Assembly (NCBI GenBank): GCA_051886655.1 | Contig: JBJEYJ010000086.1 | Location: 38-64,037, forward strand | Direction: 5' to 3' | DNA length: 64,000 bases | Source: Bacilli bacterium | GTDB lineage: Bacteria; Bacillota_I; Bacilli_A; RF39; UBA660 | Shown here: in pieces, positions 1-13,057 of the stretch | How positions within the stretch are numbered: the first letter of the stretch is position 1 | Layout: each line of letters opens with the position of its first letter | Made by a program: the position numbers and the translations under genes | The notes under the pieces: model-generated | Seen by the model: the letters and a program-made list of their open reading frames with translations, nothing else | Databases searched by the model: none | What the model was told of the DNA's origin: nothing

Positions 1-1748
1 CCATTATTATAGTTAACAGTTAATGTTCCATCTTCAGCTAAAATAATACTATCAATTCATTTAATTTTGTTATTAGTATTAACATCTACATCTTCTCCAT
101 TTCCGCTATAGTGCAATGTAAGAAGACCATCTTCTGATAAACTAATATTATTAACTCATTTTAAATCTGTCTCATAAATATCATTATCTGTACCATTATC
201 TCTTTTAGTATTATAAGTTACAATTAAATGACCTTCATCAGTAGCTCCTTGAGTAGAAGATATTGCAACACTATTTATTCATCTTATTTTATTTTCAAAA
301 ATTTCATTTTTCTGTTCAATATTGTCTTTATAAGAATAAGAAAAAGTCATTGTTCCATTTTCATCAAGTGTAATATCTTTTATATATTGTAAATGAGTTT
401 CATAATGTGTTGTTGTATCTGGTATAGGAATTTTTTCTCCATTTACATCTAATATAAAATCTCCATTTTCATCTCTTTCATATTCTTGATCATAATTATA
501 ATCTATTTGTAATAAACCTGTCTCTGGATTTATTTGAATTCTATCAACAGCTTTTAAATAATTAGGATAATAATCTCTATGATTATGTGTATAATCAATA
601 ACAATAGTTCCATCTTCATCTATACGAAAATTATCTATCATATTATAATTACCTAAATAAATAGATATTGGATCTCCACTCGCATCTCTATCATAATTAT
701 AGTAATCATAAACTAAAATTTGTTTTTTATATGTTTCTGATGTATCTCTATAACTTTCTCCTGGATCTTGACCTTCATCAGTTCCAAAATGGATACCATT
801 TTCACTATTATCTATATCTACTGCTTGAACTACTCTAAAATTATTAAATGTTTCACCTTTTATTCCCTTTGGAATAGAAATATGTCATTTAGAGAAAAAT
901 GGATGTAGTAAGTCATCTGTTCTTTCAATTAATTCTGCATTATCAAAATCTGTAGTATTACCCTGTTCAGACCAGCCTTCTCAAGGTTTTCCTTTTCCTA
1001 CTTCTTCAGCTAAATATTTTGCATCATCCGTTCTATGATAATAAGGACTAACAGATTCAGCAGTATATTGAGGAACATGATAAGGAATTTTAAATCCAAT
1101 ATGAACTGTACTTTCATGTGATTCAAAATCTCTAATTGAACAAGCTATATATTCAATAGTATCATTAAATTTTTCTTCTCCATTTTCATAATATTGTCCT
1201 GGTAATAAATCACCAGAACCTTCTTCTGCACTTAATATATCTAAAGTTGCTTGAGTCTTTCTATATTGATTTAATTCTCCATCTTCAATAGTAGTTCCAT
1301 CATTTGGAATTACTAAACCATCTTCAGTTGTCATCTTTTGGATTGTGTCATAATTTTCTAATTCAGTATGAGGTGCCATTCCTGCAGGACCAACTATTTG
1401 TCCTATATAAACAGCTCCACCCATATCATTATTATATTCATATCCTCTACGATATACTTTTCCATTATCTATATCATTTTTATTATACGTATCTATTAAT
1501 ACATATTCATCATAGTTAACTGTTTTATATCCTCCAGCTTGACTAAAACAATAAACCATACAATTTTCTGCTAACCATTTATTTCTATTTTCAGAGGAAA
1601 TCTCTGCATCTTCTGGCAATTGTAAATCTTGTCTAATAATTTTATTAAAACCAAGATTATCTTCTGCTGGAGCTTTAATTGTTTTATATCTTTTTACTAT
1701 TACGAAGGAAGCACCTCGTCTTCCTCCATAGAAACTATTATATTCCAT
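1..1748 (-). CDS. tail fiber / host-recognition-like structural protein. Its 3' end is cut by the window start, so at least 580 aa lie inside the window. Frame is open only if TGA is sense.
   Basis: ATG at 1748 is preceded by AGGAGG. Track ORFs 981..1748 and 279..641 are in the same frame and separated only by TGA codons (981, 279, 156, 57). No in-frame TAA or TAG occurs down to position 1. Confidence 0.6.
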
Positions 1749-1762
1749 TTATGTGCCTCCTT

Positions 1763-2470
1763 CTAATATTGATAATCTAAAATAAAATATTTATTATCAT
1801 CTGGTGTTACTACAAAACCAATAAAATTAATAACTACTCCATTATTAATTTCATACAATCCGCTACGCCCTATTTTTATTTCTTCTCCATCTATACACAT
1901 TTGTAATCCTGGAGGTCCTTGCACTCCTATTTGTTTTAATTGTCCTTTGTTATCAATAGAAGAATTTAAAATATCTATTACATTATTAATTTCTTCTAAT
2001 CTATCTATTTCAAGTTTTACTATTCTCCCATAAGTTCCATCGCTATTTACAGTATTATAATCATCAACAATTCTATTTAAAGTAAATTCTATTCTATTAT
2101 ACACTGCGTTTGGAGGTATAACTATATCAAAAACTGAATAATCAGATTCATAACCTTGATCAACAGTAATAGTAGTTAATGTTTGAACATTATCAGTTTG
2201 TTTTAATGTATTTATTAATTTAATAGTAACTACTTGTGTAGTTTCTCACATTTTATAAACTTTATATTTTAAATAATAATTTTTTCTTTTTAATCCAGTT
2301 TCATCTACAAATTGCAATACATTATCTCCTGATAAATCAATTACTTGTTCATTAAAAATAACAGCTTTAGATAAAGGAGACTCTTCTTGAACACTTGTTA
2401 AATTATAATCTAACTTCTTTGAATAAGAATCATTTTGTCCACGTCTAAATTGACCAAATTTATAACTCAT
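1763..2470 (-). CDS. tail-associated structural protein, about 235 aa, with one in-frame TGA
   Basis: Track ORFs 2246..2470 and 1763..2104 are in the same frame and joined across a TGA at 2246. AAGGAG RBS lies upstream of the ATG at 2470. TAG stop is at 1763. Confidence 0.65.
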
Positions 2471-2490
2471 TTTAACACTCCTTTTCTATC

Positions 2491-4494
2491 CTAAAATCTT
2501 TCTAATGCTCTTGTTGCGGAAATTGTCATTGTTCCACTTATATCAAGAGGAATAGAAATCGTTGAGATCATATAATCTCCATAAATATTACTTTCTATAT
2601 CACGAACTCCAATTCTAGTATTAGGTTCTAAATGATAAATTGGCACTGATTGTAATGTAATACTTTCATTATAACTTGTATATTGATATAATAATTCACG
2701 AACTTTATTATAAGCAGAATTTTTACTTCCACCACCTGCTAACATACTATAAATTGAAGAATCTACTTGAATATAATTTTGTCCCTTTAATTCACATTCA
2801 TGACGTTTTTCTTCTGTATCATCTTTACCAAGTTCTATTAAAATAAAATCTGGTATATCTGGTTCAAATATACAGTTGATATCATTATCATTTATAACAA
2901 TTGTGCGTCGTCCAATATTAGAAATACTAAACTGTGATATTGCTGCGGTAGAATCAATAAAATCTAAATAATAATCAATGTTACTTGGAGTTTTTAATAC
3001 TTCAGGATAAAACTCTCCTAGTTGAACATCATATAATTTAGGTCATTCATTTAATAATTCAGTATAATAATAATTTGAATCAGTTCCAAAAGGTTCAGAT
3101 TGAACACCAGATAAATATAATTCTGTTCTTCAATCTTTAGTAGTAACTTCTGTCATGCCTATAGTATAAGGTATATATCCTTCTCCATTTCAAATATAAA
3201 TTATTCCTGTATCTTTAGCCATATAAAATACACCTGCGGCGCCCGCATTTTTATTAATTTCTTCAAAATTTTGATATATAATAGGGCATTTTGCTTTTAT
3301 TAATCCATCATCTGGATCTTCGTAAAAGAAACACTGATATGTATTTCCTATTTTAGGTTTACTGTCTATAGCTAAGTGATATCGAATAGGAACTTCATTT
3401 CCATTAGCATTTTCTTTAATTCCTCAAACTATAAAATCATTTTTTATCATATTATACTGAGGATTATTAGAATATGAAGTAATTAGATTGCTATTATCAA
3501 AGTTATATACGACTTTCCCTTTACTAATATCAATAATATAATCATCTTTAGTTAGTTTTTCTAATTCTATAGTTGCTTGTGATGTATTTAAATAATTTTT
3601 AATTTCTTGAAAATGAAAATTACCATCTATGTCATAAAAATATTCAAAATTACCTAGCGCATTTTTAATAGAATCTAATATAGTACAAACAGTACTTCCT
3701 GCGTCTCCAATTAGTTCATTTGGATAAATAAAGTCAGTATAAATAAAACCTATATCTTCTCCATATTCAAATGATTTATATGCTTTTCCTTGCGCTTCAG
3801 AATAGTTAGTTGTCATTGTATATGAACCGCTATCTTCAATTAAATATACAGGTGTATTTCCTATTCATTTCATAACTTGCTTTACTCTTGTGTCTAAATC
3901 ACTAATTAAAATTTTACTCAATTGTTCGCCTCCAAAGTGATTAACAACTTCTCTAATAATTTGAACAATTACTGGTTTTTCTATAATTCAATTTCCATTT
4001 TCATCAATAGTCTCATATTCATCAAACTGAGTTGAGGCTGGAATAGTACCTCCGCATTCACCATTTAATAAACACATTTTATCTTTTAATTGTAATGATA
4101 TTGAAGTTCCACTCGTACTATGTGAAATTGATGGATTAATAATTACAAAGATTCCTTGCGGAAATCATAACATATCATATTCTTTATATTTATCTGTAAT
4201 ATTCTTAAAACCTATTTCTAATCTAACTTTTTTGTTAATAGAAATTAAATTATCAACATTAGTAACTTTAGAATAATCTTCATCATGAATATAGACAGAT
4301 AAATTACAAGTTCTTCGTATTGAAGATTTACCATCTAATGTTAAATTTCCTCCTGTAATAATTCCTTGTATATCTTGTAAAGGTCTCTCTAATCAATCTA
4401 ATATGGTAATTTTAGCATACTGTTCTTGAATATGTAATTCATCTATATATTTTAAAAAATTTTCATCTTTTAAATATTTATATTCTTGTCTCAT
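2491..4494 (-). CDS. tail / baseplate structural protein, about 667 aa. The start is tentative; there are many in-frame TGA codons.
   Basis: Frame of track ORFs 3424..3816 and 2491..2745 is continuous when TGA is sense. First in-frame TAA upstream is at about 4510. ATG at 4494. TAG stop at 2491. Confidence 0.55.
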
Positions 4495-7256
4495 TATTCA
4501 TACCACCCTTTATAAATTTCACAAGTATAATCTATAATAGCTTCAACTGGACATAATAAATCATGAGTATCTGTAAATAACCATCATTTATCATTATATC
4601 ATATATATTTATTTTCTGTTAAGTTATCTGATAACATACTTGCAAAATTTTCATCATAAGATTGTAATATTAATTGAGAATAAACATCATTTTGAGATTG
4701 TTGAATTTTATCTATTGTTAAAATAGATACATCTTCTTCTAAAACAGAATTAGTATCAGTTAATATATATACTCCATTTTTTATTGGATTTATAATTTCA
4801 TTTAAATTAGATGTTTTTATTCCAGTTTCTATATATCTATAATCTGGTAATAAATCTCTAGATTGTTCCTCTATAGTCGCTTCTTCAAAATGTATTCCTG
4901 CAAAATATAATCCAATAATAATTGAATCTTCATCTTCAAAAGCTAATGTACAAGTAGGACCTATAATATGGCGTTCAAAATCACTCTCTTTAGTTTCTGC
5001 CACATACACAACTGTTCCTGGATCTGCTTCAATTCTTATACCATCTAGTGATAACATTGATTGAATATAAGTAGAATATTTTTCATAATATTTATTTCAT
5101 ATATTTTTAAATATAGAATCTTTATATCCAAAAGTACCTCATTGCTGACCTACCTTTTTACTATATTCAATAGTTTTAGGAAGTTGAGACTTATCTTCTA
5201 CTTGACTTATAGAAACATGATAAGTTAAATTTATTTTTGTATCAATAGGAAATACTATTGATGTAATTTTTACTCCTTCATTTTTTAACTCATAAATACC
5301 TTCTGGATTTATTACAATATTTTCTCCATTTATTTTTACTATATATCCTAAATATGATGAAATTGGATTAGCATCTACATCTGGATATTCATCATCTATA
5401 GGATAAGGCTCTCCAGCATTATCTTCTTTAATTAGATAAGGATCTTCTTCCATTTCTATCCTTAAATAATCTAAATAATCTGCAGTACAGATAAACCCTT
5501 CTTTCATTAATTTATTATATTTTTCTTGAATTAAATCTAAAACATCTACTCCTGTGGAAATAGTCTCTTCTAATTGTCCCATAAATTCTTCTGTATATGC
5601 TAATTCTGTATCTACTTCTCCAAGAGGCTGAATATTATATAAATTACAATTTTCCGTTGTAAATTCAGCTATTTCATAAGCATTACAAGAAAAACTATAA
5701 ACTAATCTTCCTAATGTCTGCTCTGGTGTAAAACTAATATCCATTAGTTTTACTAATATATTTCCTTCAGTTGGAGAACGAAATAATTTTACATTATTAT
5801 CATATAAAAACTCCATAACTTTTTCTCTAAAATCTCTTTCATATGTATAATCATTAAATGGAGTTATTCTATTTTCTGAATTATAATTATCATATAACTC
5901 TAATATTTCTTCATTATATAACTCTTCTCTAGAAGTTAACAATCCATCCTGGTCAGTAAAGTGAGATATTAATCCATTAATTGGAAATTGTCTATAATAC
6001 ATATATCCATTTCTTTTTATATAAGGATATTTAGAGCCAATTGTATCTGTCTTCGTTTCTGATACTGCATATTTAAAATTAGAAATTTGTGGATTAAATT
6101 TAATATTTAGTTGCTTTCCTTGAGTAGTTAAAAACATATTATCAAATACTACCATAACTGGATTTTTTAATTCTGTAACGACTCCTCTATTTCCTAAACT
6201 ATCTCTCTTTTGAGCACAATATTTATATCATACTCCACTTTTTATAGTGCAATCATATCATGTAATATCTAGCATTTCATTTTCAATAGATAAAGTATAA
6301 ACATCTTCTCATAAAGTAAAATTATTCTCACTTGACGTTCTTCTTATAGTTACGTTTCCTGTAAATCTATCAGTAGTATTACCTTTTATATTAATTCCAA
6401 TTCTACCACCTTCTTCATCTTTGATTGCAGAAAGAGTAGCATCCATTCTTCCAGAAGTTCCTACCATTACCATAAAAGTATATGTAACTACATCGCTATA
6501 TGCATTATTTGTAATATATTCAATAGTAACAGAATAGGTTTCTCCATCTTGAAAAGCGTATTTAAATGTATAATTAATCTCATTAATATTTACATAATTA
6601 TTAGTATATATTATATCACTATCTGTTAATAATTTTCCTAAATCATTATATAGTTTAATTCTATAACTTTTTAAAGTTTCAGTTTCTTCTGCATTTACAA
6701 AAGAAAGTTTTCCTGCAATAGTGATTAAATCAGTTGTCCATACTGTGTATTCTGCGGCGGTCTCAAACCCAGGAATCTTTAATGTTGGAGTACTTATTCC
6801 TCTAACTAAACAAACTGTAGACCATTCTGAGAACATTGATAAATTTGCTGCTAATCAACTGTCTATTGCTTGTGGAGTAGTCATACTGATAGAAGAAGCA
6901 TTTACTGATGTAAATCTAATTTGAACTTTATAATATTGATTAATTTCAAACTGATTATTCATCATATCTGTTTTCTTTATTTCAATATAATATTTATCAT
7001 CTGATTCTCTTTCTCTATCTATATAAATATTCGTTAACATTATTCCACAAGGATATTTTTCTTCATTTAATACTGAAGTGTTTGTATTTTGATTACATAT
7101 AGTAACTTGCGCATTTTGTATATCTGAATAACTATTATATAATGAAATAGAAAAATATATTTTACAAGTATTTTTTGATGTATTAATACTATCAATTAAA
7201 AAAGCTGGCGCATATGTATTTACAATTGGTGGATAAAGATTATTTAATATTGCCAT
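4443..7256 (-). CDS. large tail fiber / baseplate protein, about 937 aa
   Basis: Track ORFs 6855..7256, 6309..6836, 5139..6155 and 4599..5057 share one frame and are separated only by TGA. First real stop is TAG at about 4443. AAGGAGAG RBS precedes the ATG at 7256. Confidence 0.65.
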
Positions 7257-7287
7257 ATATTTTTCTCTCCTTTTCTCTCTTATATTT

Positions 7288-7794
7288 TTATTCTTTAAAT
7301 TCTTCCTCTTGTTCTTGTTCTTGAGGAATTACAGAAACCTTTGGTAGTCTTCTGATTTCTCTCATTAAATCTTCTATAAAGCTATTGCCGCCTTCATCTT
7401 TATAATGAGAATATCTTTTTTCAATACAATCTAAACTATAATCATCAATATATTTTAAGTCATAACAAAAATGATGATGTTGTTGTGTTATTCAAGACTT
7501 TATATCATCTTTATCTGAAGTTATAAGTAAATTAATAGTCTCTTTCATATTTAAAATTTCTGACATTAAATTACTTTGTTGCTCTAAAATTTGTTTAACT
7601 TGAGCATTACTTTGTTGAATATGAATATCTAATGCTTCTTTTTCTAATTGAGTTTTCATTTCTTTATTAAAAATCTTTTTAAGTCTATCTACCGCTCAAT
7701 CAAAAAAAGTTACAACACCTTTTAAAGCTAAAGCAAAAATTACCAAAAAAGTAATAATTTCTGTAAAAGAATAATTAGTTAATAAATCTAACAT
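7288..7794 (-). CDS. membrane protein of about 168 aa with an N-terminal TM helix and a coiled-coil tail; candidate holin or lysis-associated protein
   Basis: Not in the track because two TGA codons split it. AGGAGG RBS then ATG near 7794, TAA near 7288. Translation begins MLDLLTNYSFTEIITFLVIFALALKGVVTFFDW... Confidence 0.45.
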
Positions 7795-7888
7795 TATTTT
7801 TGCCTCCTACTTTATTCTTTTATTTTTACTAATTTTATATTATTTTTGTATTTTGATAATGATAATAAATAGCCCAATAATTTAAATA

Positions 7889-7919
7889 TAAAAAAAAGAG
7901 GTCTATAATATATAGACCT
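7889..7919 (-). terminator. rho-independent terminator (AGGTCTATA..TATAGACCT plus U-tract) after the 35-aa gene
   Basis: Perfect 9-bp stem with a T-run on the minus strand immediately 3' of the stop at about 7920. Confidence 0.5.
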
Positions 7920-8027
7920 TTATTTTAAATATTCTTCCATTTCTGGATATCTTTCAAATACTTGTTCTTTTGATAATTTTCCTATATCTATCTGAATTTT
8001 TAAATATTTTTTTAATCCTTCACTCAT
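7920..8027 (-). CDS. small protein of about 35 aa
   Basis: GGAGGATATAAAA then ATG. Translation MSEGLKKYLKIQIDIGKLSKEQVFERYPEMEEYLK. TAA stop followed by a terminator. Confidence 0.35.
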   Translation of the reverse strand: MSEGLKKYLKIQIDIGKLSKEQVFERYPEMEEYLK

Positions 8028-8042
8028 TTTTATATCCTCCTA

Positions 8043-8324
8043 TTAAAATCCTAATAGTAAATTTACTGCATCTTCTAATGCAGAAACTTTTTCTTCTAGA
8101 GAATAATTTTCTTTATATCTAGGATTTAAATAAAAATTCTCTTCATTATTATAACAATACTTAATTGGTGCTACATCTTCAGGAATAGATTCAACAGAAT
8201 AAATTTCTTTAACTAAATTTTTTGGAATAATAATCCCTTCATCTAATTCTATTATATTACTATCTTCTCTAACATCTTTTGAAATAGCAATAATTATATC
8301 ATTATTTTTTGTAATAATTTTCAT
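8043..8324 (-). CDS. hypothetical protein, 93 aa
   Basis: Track ORF. AAGGAGG RBS; ATG overlaps the upstream stop (TAATG). TAA stop. Confidence 0.6.
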   Translation of the reverse strand: MKIITKNNDIIIAISKDVREDSNIIELDEGIIIPKNLVKEIYSVESIPEDVAPIKYCYNNEENFYLNPRYKENYSLEEKVSALEDAVNLLLGF

Positions 8325-8325
8325 T

Positions 8326-9507
8326 TTATTTTTCCTCCTTTGGACAAAGAATTCTTACTTGATTTCCGCTCATTAATTCATAATTACTAATACAAATTCC
8401 AGCAATATAATCTTCTGATTTCGTAACTTTAGCTATATTTAAAGTTCCTTTTTGTAAATTAAAAATAATTTTTTTATTATTAAATAAAATAATTAATTTA
8501 TCTATATCTTGATATAATAATGTATAAGTAATTATATTAGATGCTAATAAAGAATTATTATATATTTCTCCATTATATGTAATGAAATGTATTGAATCAT
8601 CCATATAATCTTGATATATAATTCCTATTTTTTCTTCTAAATCATATACTTCATAATGATAAGTATTATTTAAATCAACTTGTAAAATATTATCTCTCAA
8701 AATATTGTTCTCATAATTTTGATTTATAATAAGCTCATGTAATACATTATCTGTTTCATAATAAATATGATATGTATCTTCAGTATTTCTTTCTTTTTTT
8801 GCAAGCTTAATTTTTCCATTTTTTAAATTACTTTTAATTAACATACCATTATAATATAAATCATTTGTATCAGTAATATAATAAATATTATCATTTTTTT
8901 CATCATAATAAAAATCTATTATATCTGATAATAGATATTTATCAATTTTAATTATTTCATTATTTTGAATAATTAAATTATTATTTTTAATTCCAAGAAT
9001 TTTTCCTTCTTGTTTATCTATAATAGAAATATTATTTTTTTCTATTAAAGTTTTATAATAATAATTATCTTTATTATACAAAATAACTATATTATCATCT
9101 TTCTTTATTACTTGTTTTAGCTCTATATAATTATTAGCTTCATCTAATAAATAAGTTTTTCTATCATAATAGAAATATAAATTATTGTCATTATCTGTAT
9201 ATAAACTACAAATTTTTTTATCGTTACTAACACAGTTGCTATATAATTTTATATTACTATCCATTTCTTCTTCTGTATATTGATAACTATTTGCTATCTT
9301 TATAAAATCTCCAGCTTTTAATTTTCCATTATATATACTATTATATTTATGTTCAATATAACTATTAGTTATATCTAAACCATTTTCTATTTTTTCAATA
9401 TTTTTAGCAATATTATCAACAGATAAGTCATTTATATCTGGTAATTTACTTCTTATAGCATTTCTAATTTTTTGAAAATATTCTTTAATTTTTTCAGTAT
9501 TAGTCAT
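8326..9507 (-). CDS. Asn/Tyr/Ile-rich repeat protein, 393 aa (tail-associated?)
   Basis: Uninterrupted track ORF. GGAGG RBS. Degenerate YY/ND repeats. TAA stop. Confidence 0.6.
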   Translation of the reverse strand: MTNTEKIKEYFQKIRNAIRSKLPDINDLSVDNIAKNIEKIENGLDITNSYIEHKYNSIYNGKLKAGDFIKIANSYQYTEEEMDSNIKLYSNCVSNDKKICSLYTDNDNNLYFYYDRKTYLLDEANNYIELKQVIKKDDNIVILYNKDNYYYKTLIEKNNISIIDKQEGKILGIKNNNLIIQNNEIIKIDKYLLSDIIDFYYDEKNDNIYYITDTNDLYYNGMLIKSNLKNGKIKLAKKERNTEDTYHIYYETDNVLHELIINQNYENNILRDNILQVDLNNTYHYEVYDLEEKIGIIYQDYMDDSIHFITYNGEIYNNSLLASNIITYTLLYQDIDKLIILFNNKKIIFNLQKGTLNIAKVTKSEDYIAGICISNYELMSGNQVRILCPKEEK

Positions 9508-9508
9508 T

Positions 9509-9814
9509 TTACACCTCCATACATGATGGAATTATAACTTCAATTTCAGTATCTGAAATTCTAGTTCCAGATATTCCAAAAAATCCTAAATTTTTATGGT
9601 ATTTTACAATTTTACCATCTCTATCCAAAGATACAAAATATTGTTCTGGTAATTCAGTATCTAATGTTTCATAAATTTTTTTAATTCCATTTATATTATG
9701 GTATTGTATAGAAGAAATAGCATCGGCCATTTCTTCTATTTTATATTTTTTATTAGAGCCTAATTTTAATCTAAGAATATTTCCTATATCTAAAAAAACC
9801 CTAATCAAATCCAT
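9509..9814 (-). CDS. hypothetical protein, 101 aa
   Basis: Track ORF. AGGAGG RBS 8 nt upstream. In-frame TAG and TAA lie just upstream, so the start is well defined. TAA stop. Confidence 0.6.
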   Translation of the reverse strand: MDLIRVFLDIGNILRLKLGSNKKYKIEEMADAISSIQYHNINGIKKIYETLDTELPEQYFVSLDRDGKIVKYHKNLGFFGISGTRISDTEIEVIIPSCMEV

Positions 9815-10134
9815 TAATAACTACCTCCTATTATGTTATCTAAGGTAGTATCAATTTTATTTTGCATTTGATATAATACTTCTTCTAAAGTCAAAGTTCC
9901 AGTTTGCTCTCCACTTGTAATAACTGCCATATCAACATCTATATATTTAGCATCTGTACTATATGGAATAGCAGCTCCAAAAGTTCCATCAGCTTGTTTA
10001 ATCTTTACTTTTTTAGTAAGTGATGGTGGAATTCATCCTTTGTCTTGTAATGCTGCTTTTGAAACTGGATTAGATATTAAAAAAGAAATTTGTTCATCAT
10101 TAAAACCTAATATATTTTTTAAATCGTCTATCAT
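9814..10134 (-). CDS. small protein of about 106 aa with one TGA; absent from the track
   Basis: ATG near 10134. Translation MIDDLKNILGFNDEQISFLISNPVSKAALQDKGW... TAA overlaps the next ATG (TAATG). Confidence 0.4.
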
Positions 10135-11533
10135 TTTATTGAACTCCTTTCCATCGTACATATTTTCTTTCTGGTAACCATAAAGCTATATTTATTAAAC
10201 TATTATTTGATAAATTATAACAATTTGCAAACGCATTGTTCATTCAAATATTATTAAGAGTTTCATTAACAGAAGTAACGTTAGTTACAGATACCAAATC
10301 AACATCTCTTAAATTATAACAATTTCTAAACATATTTTCAAGAGAATCAAGTTCTACTTTTTGAATTCCATTTTCTGAAGGCAAACATCAATTCATTCTA
10401 GGAATACTAACAATATTGTGACAGTCTTGAAAAAAATCATAAGGTTCTGAATCTAAAGGAAATTGAATTTCTTCAACTCCTTCTAATAATTTTAAATTAT
10501 AGCAATTTAAAAAAGCAGAATCAGGATATCTTGTTGCTTTTCATATTTTTGGACACTTTATTTTTGTTAAAGAAAAATCATTATAAAACATTCATTCAGA
10601 TAATATAGGCATCTCTGTATTTATTTCTTTCAAATTATAACATTCGGAAAATGCTCAAAGCGTTTCTTCAACAGTATCAATATTTATATTCATTAAATTA
10701 TTTACATATTGTAAATTACTACACTCACAAAATAAAAATGTCATATTTTTTACATTAGATCCCGTAAAATTCCAATTTGGAACTTCTTTTAGTTTTAAGC
10801 AACCTTCAAATAAACAATCAGCTTCTTCACAATGAGATAAATTTTGTGTACCAAAATTTTCTAAATTTGTACAATAATCAAACATTGATTGTATATTTAT
10901 AGCATTATTTAGATTAATATTTGGCATTATAGATAGATTTGAACAATTAAAAAAAGTCATATATGCATATTTTATATTTTCAGAAAGTATATCTGGATAT
11001 TGAGAAAAAGATGTGTGTGCATACATCTTATATATATTTTCTGCATTAATCGTATTTATTTTTGGAATTTCATTGATATTATCTTGTCCATAAAACATTT
11101 CTGAAAAATCAGTTAGATTAAATGTACTATTTAAATTTATAAAATTAATATTATTAAGTTTTATAAGTGTTTGATTATAGCCTCATCTTTTAAAGTATAA
11201 AACATCTCATATTGGAGCTATTTGTAAATAAACATTCTCTTCATCTCCAACATATCTATATTCTTGTGCATATCAATTCTGATTAGAAGCATTTCATTTA
11301 TAGTTAAGCGTTTGTAATTTATCTGTTTTATTAATTCCATCTAAATCAATAGTAATACTATCCAAAGTTGCTTCTGCTTTTAATAAAGGAAGTAAAAAAT
11401 TTTGTGTTTCAGATCTCTCCATATTAAAAAAACTATTAATAGTTCTAGTATTATATGTTACTGGTTCTAAAAAAGTATTTATAACGCCAGAATAGCCATT
11501 ATTTAAAACATAACTTAAATTTAAAGTAGCCAT
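10100..11533 (-). CDS. BspA-type leucine-rich-repeat (LRR_5-like) protein, about 477 aa
   Basis: Track ORFs 11294..11533 and 10655..11098 share a frame and are joined by TGA. AGGAGG RBS. Repeats such as MF..C.NL..I are typical of BspA-like LRRs. TAA near 10100. Confidence 0.55.
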
Positions 11534-11542
11534 TTTTGCCTC

Positions 11543-12637
11543 CTATTTATTAATAATTAATTTTTGTCCAACATAAATTTTATTTGGATTACTTCCAATA
11601 ATTGATTTATTATCTTCATAAATTTTATTCCAAGTAGTGCCATATTTTTTAGCAATAGAACTTAAAGTGTCTCCAGATTTTACAATATAAGTTATACTAT
11701 TACTTACTTTTGTATCTGAATTAATTTTATTCTGTACTTCATTATATCTACTTCCAAGAACTATTTTTCTAGTATCTCCATTACCATATTTTCCAGCTTT
11801 TGTTTCTTCTACTAATGTACTTATAGAAACTGAAGCAATATGATTTATAAAATCTTGAACTTCATTATATCTTGAACCTAAATTATTTTTTCTATCTTCA
11901 CCATTACCATATTTTCCTTGCATAACTCCAACTGCTAGCTCTAATACAGTTCCAGTAGGATTATTTATTATAGGTTCAGGTTTAGAAGGAATAATTACAT
12001 CTCCAATTCTAAAACTATCTAGATAAGCATAATTTGTATCAAGATTTCCATTATATCCATTAAATCTTCCTGCAGAAGTAAATTGCCATAAGTGAATATC
12101 ACTTCTACTATTAGCATCTGTAGCTAATCCCTTTTGAGCTCCTCCTGATGTTGGTCATTGAGCAACTCATTTATCATATTTATCTAATTCGCTTCCCTTT
12201 AATTGATTATTAAATCAAGATTGAGAAGCATAAATTCCAGTATAATATCCTGCTGCTTCTACTTTAGAACAAAATTTTGCACATATACTTCTTAATGTTG
12301 CATTTGATGGCATTCCATTTCTTCTTTTATATCCATCAGCATCTTCCATATCAAATCATACACCCATAGAATAATTATCTTTATAAGGTGCAATAGCATT
12401 AATACAAGCATCTGCTTCTGCGGCAGCCCCTTTTTCATCTAAAGCATATGAATACCAATAAAAACCAAATGGAATTCCTAATGATTTACATAAATCAGCA
12501 TTTCTTTTAAATTTAGTATCTAAAGTTCCTTTTGTTCCATATCCAACTCTAATAATTACAAAATCAATTTGAGATTTCAAACTATTTAAATCAATATTTC
12601 CTTGATGAGCAGATATATCTATTCCTCTTTTTGCCAT
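11543..12637 (-). CDS. endolysin: GH25 muramidase domain, two CW_7 (Cpl-7-type) repeats and a C-terminal LysM
   Basis: GIDISAHQGNID...FVIIRVGYG is a GH25 signature. The duplicated GKYGNG(E/D)(D/T)RK..LGSRYNEVQ..IN is a CW_7 motif. The C-terminal ...YIVKSGDTLSSIAKKYG is LysM. Two track ORFs are joined across TGA at 12356. TAG stop. Confidence 0.85.
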
Positions 12638-12712
12638 ACTATTCTTTCACCTCTTCTTCATAATTTCTTGATAATTCTCCATTACCTTCAATTATTTCTT
12701 TTTCGTCTTCCA

Positions 12713-13042
12713 TTACTCTTCTCCTTTCTCCTGTTTAAGTTCATTAAAAGTTTGAGAGATAACTTTATTAATATCTTTCCCTTTTGTATTTATTGTAAAA
12801 GTTCCATCTTCATTTTCTACCCTCTCTACTTCTACATCTTCATCAGAATTTGTATCTAAATCATCTTCAATATCATTTTTAATTTTCTCTTCTTGTTCAG
12901 GCATATTTAAAAATTCTAAATATGCATCTGAAACTTGTCTAAATACACTTTGCATAATATAATATTTTGCTTCTATAGAAAGAGGCGAATCGTTAATTAT
13001 ATTATATAAATTAATTTCTAATTCTTTAAAAAAGCTTTTCAT
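12713..13042 (-). CDS. acidic hypothetical protein, 109 aa
   Basis: Track ORF. AAGGAG RBS. TAA stop. Confidence 0.55.
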   Translation of the reverse strand: MKSFFKELEINLYNIINDSPLSIEAKYYIMQSVFRQVSDAYLEFLNMPEQEEKIKNDIEDDLDTNSDEDVEVERVENEDGTFTINTKGKDINKVISQTFNELKQEKGEE

Positions 13043-13057
13043 TTTTTTTTCTCCTTT

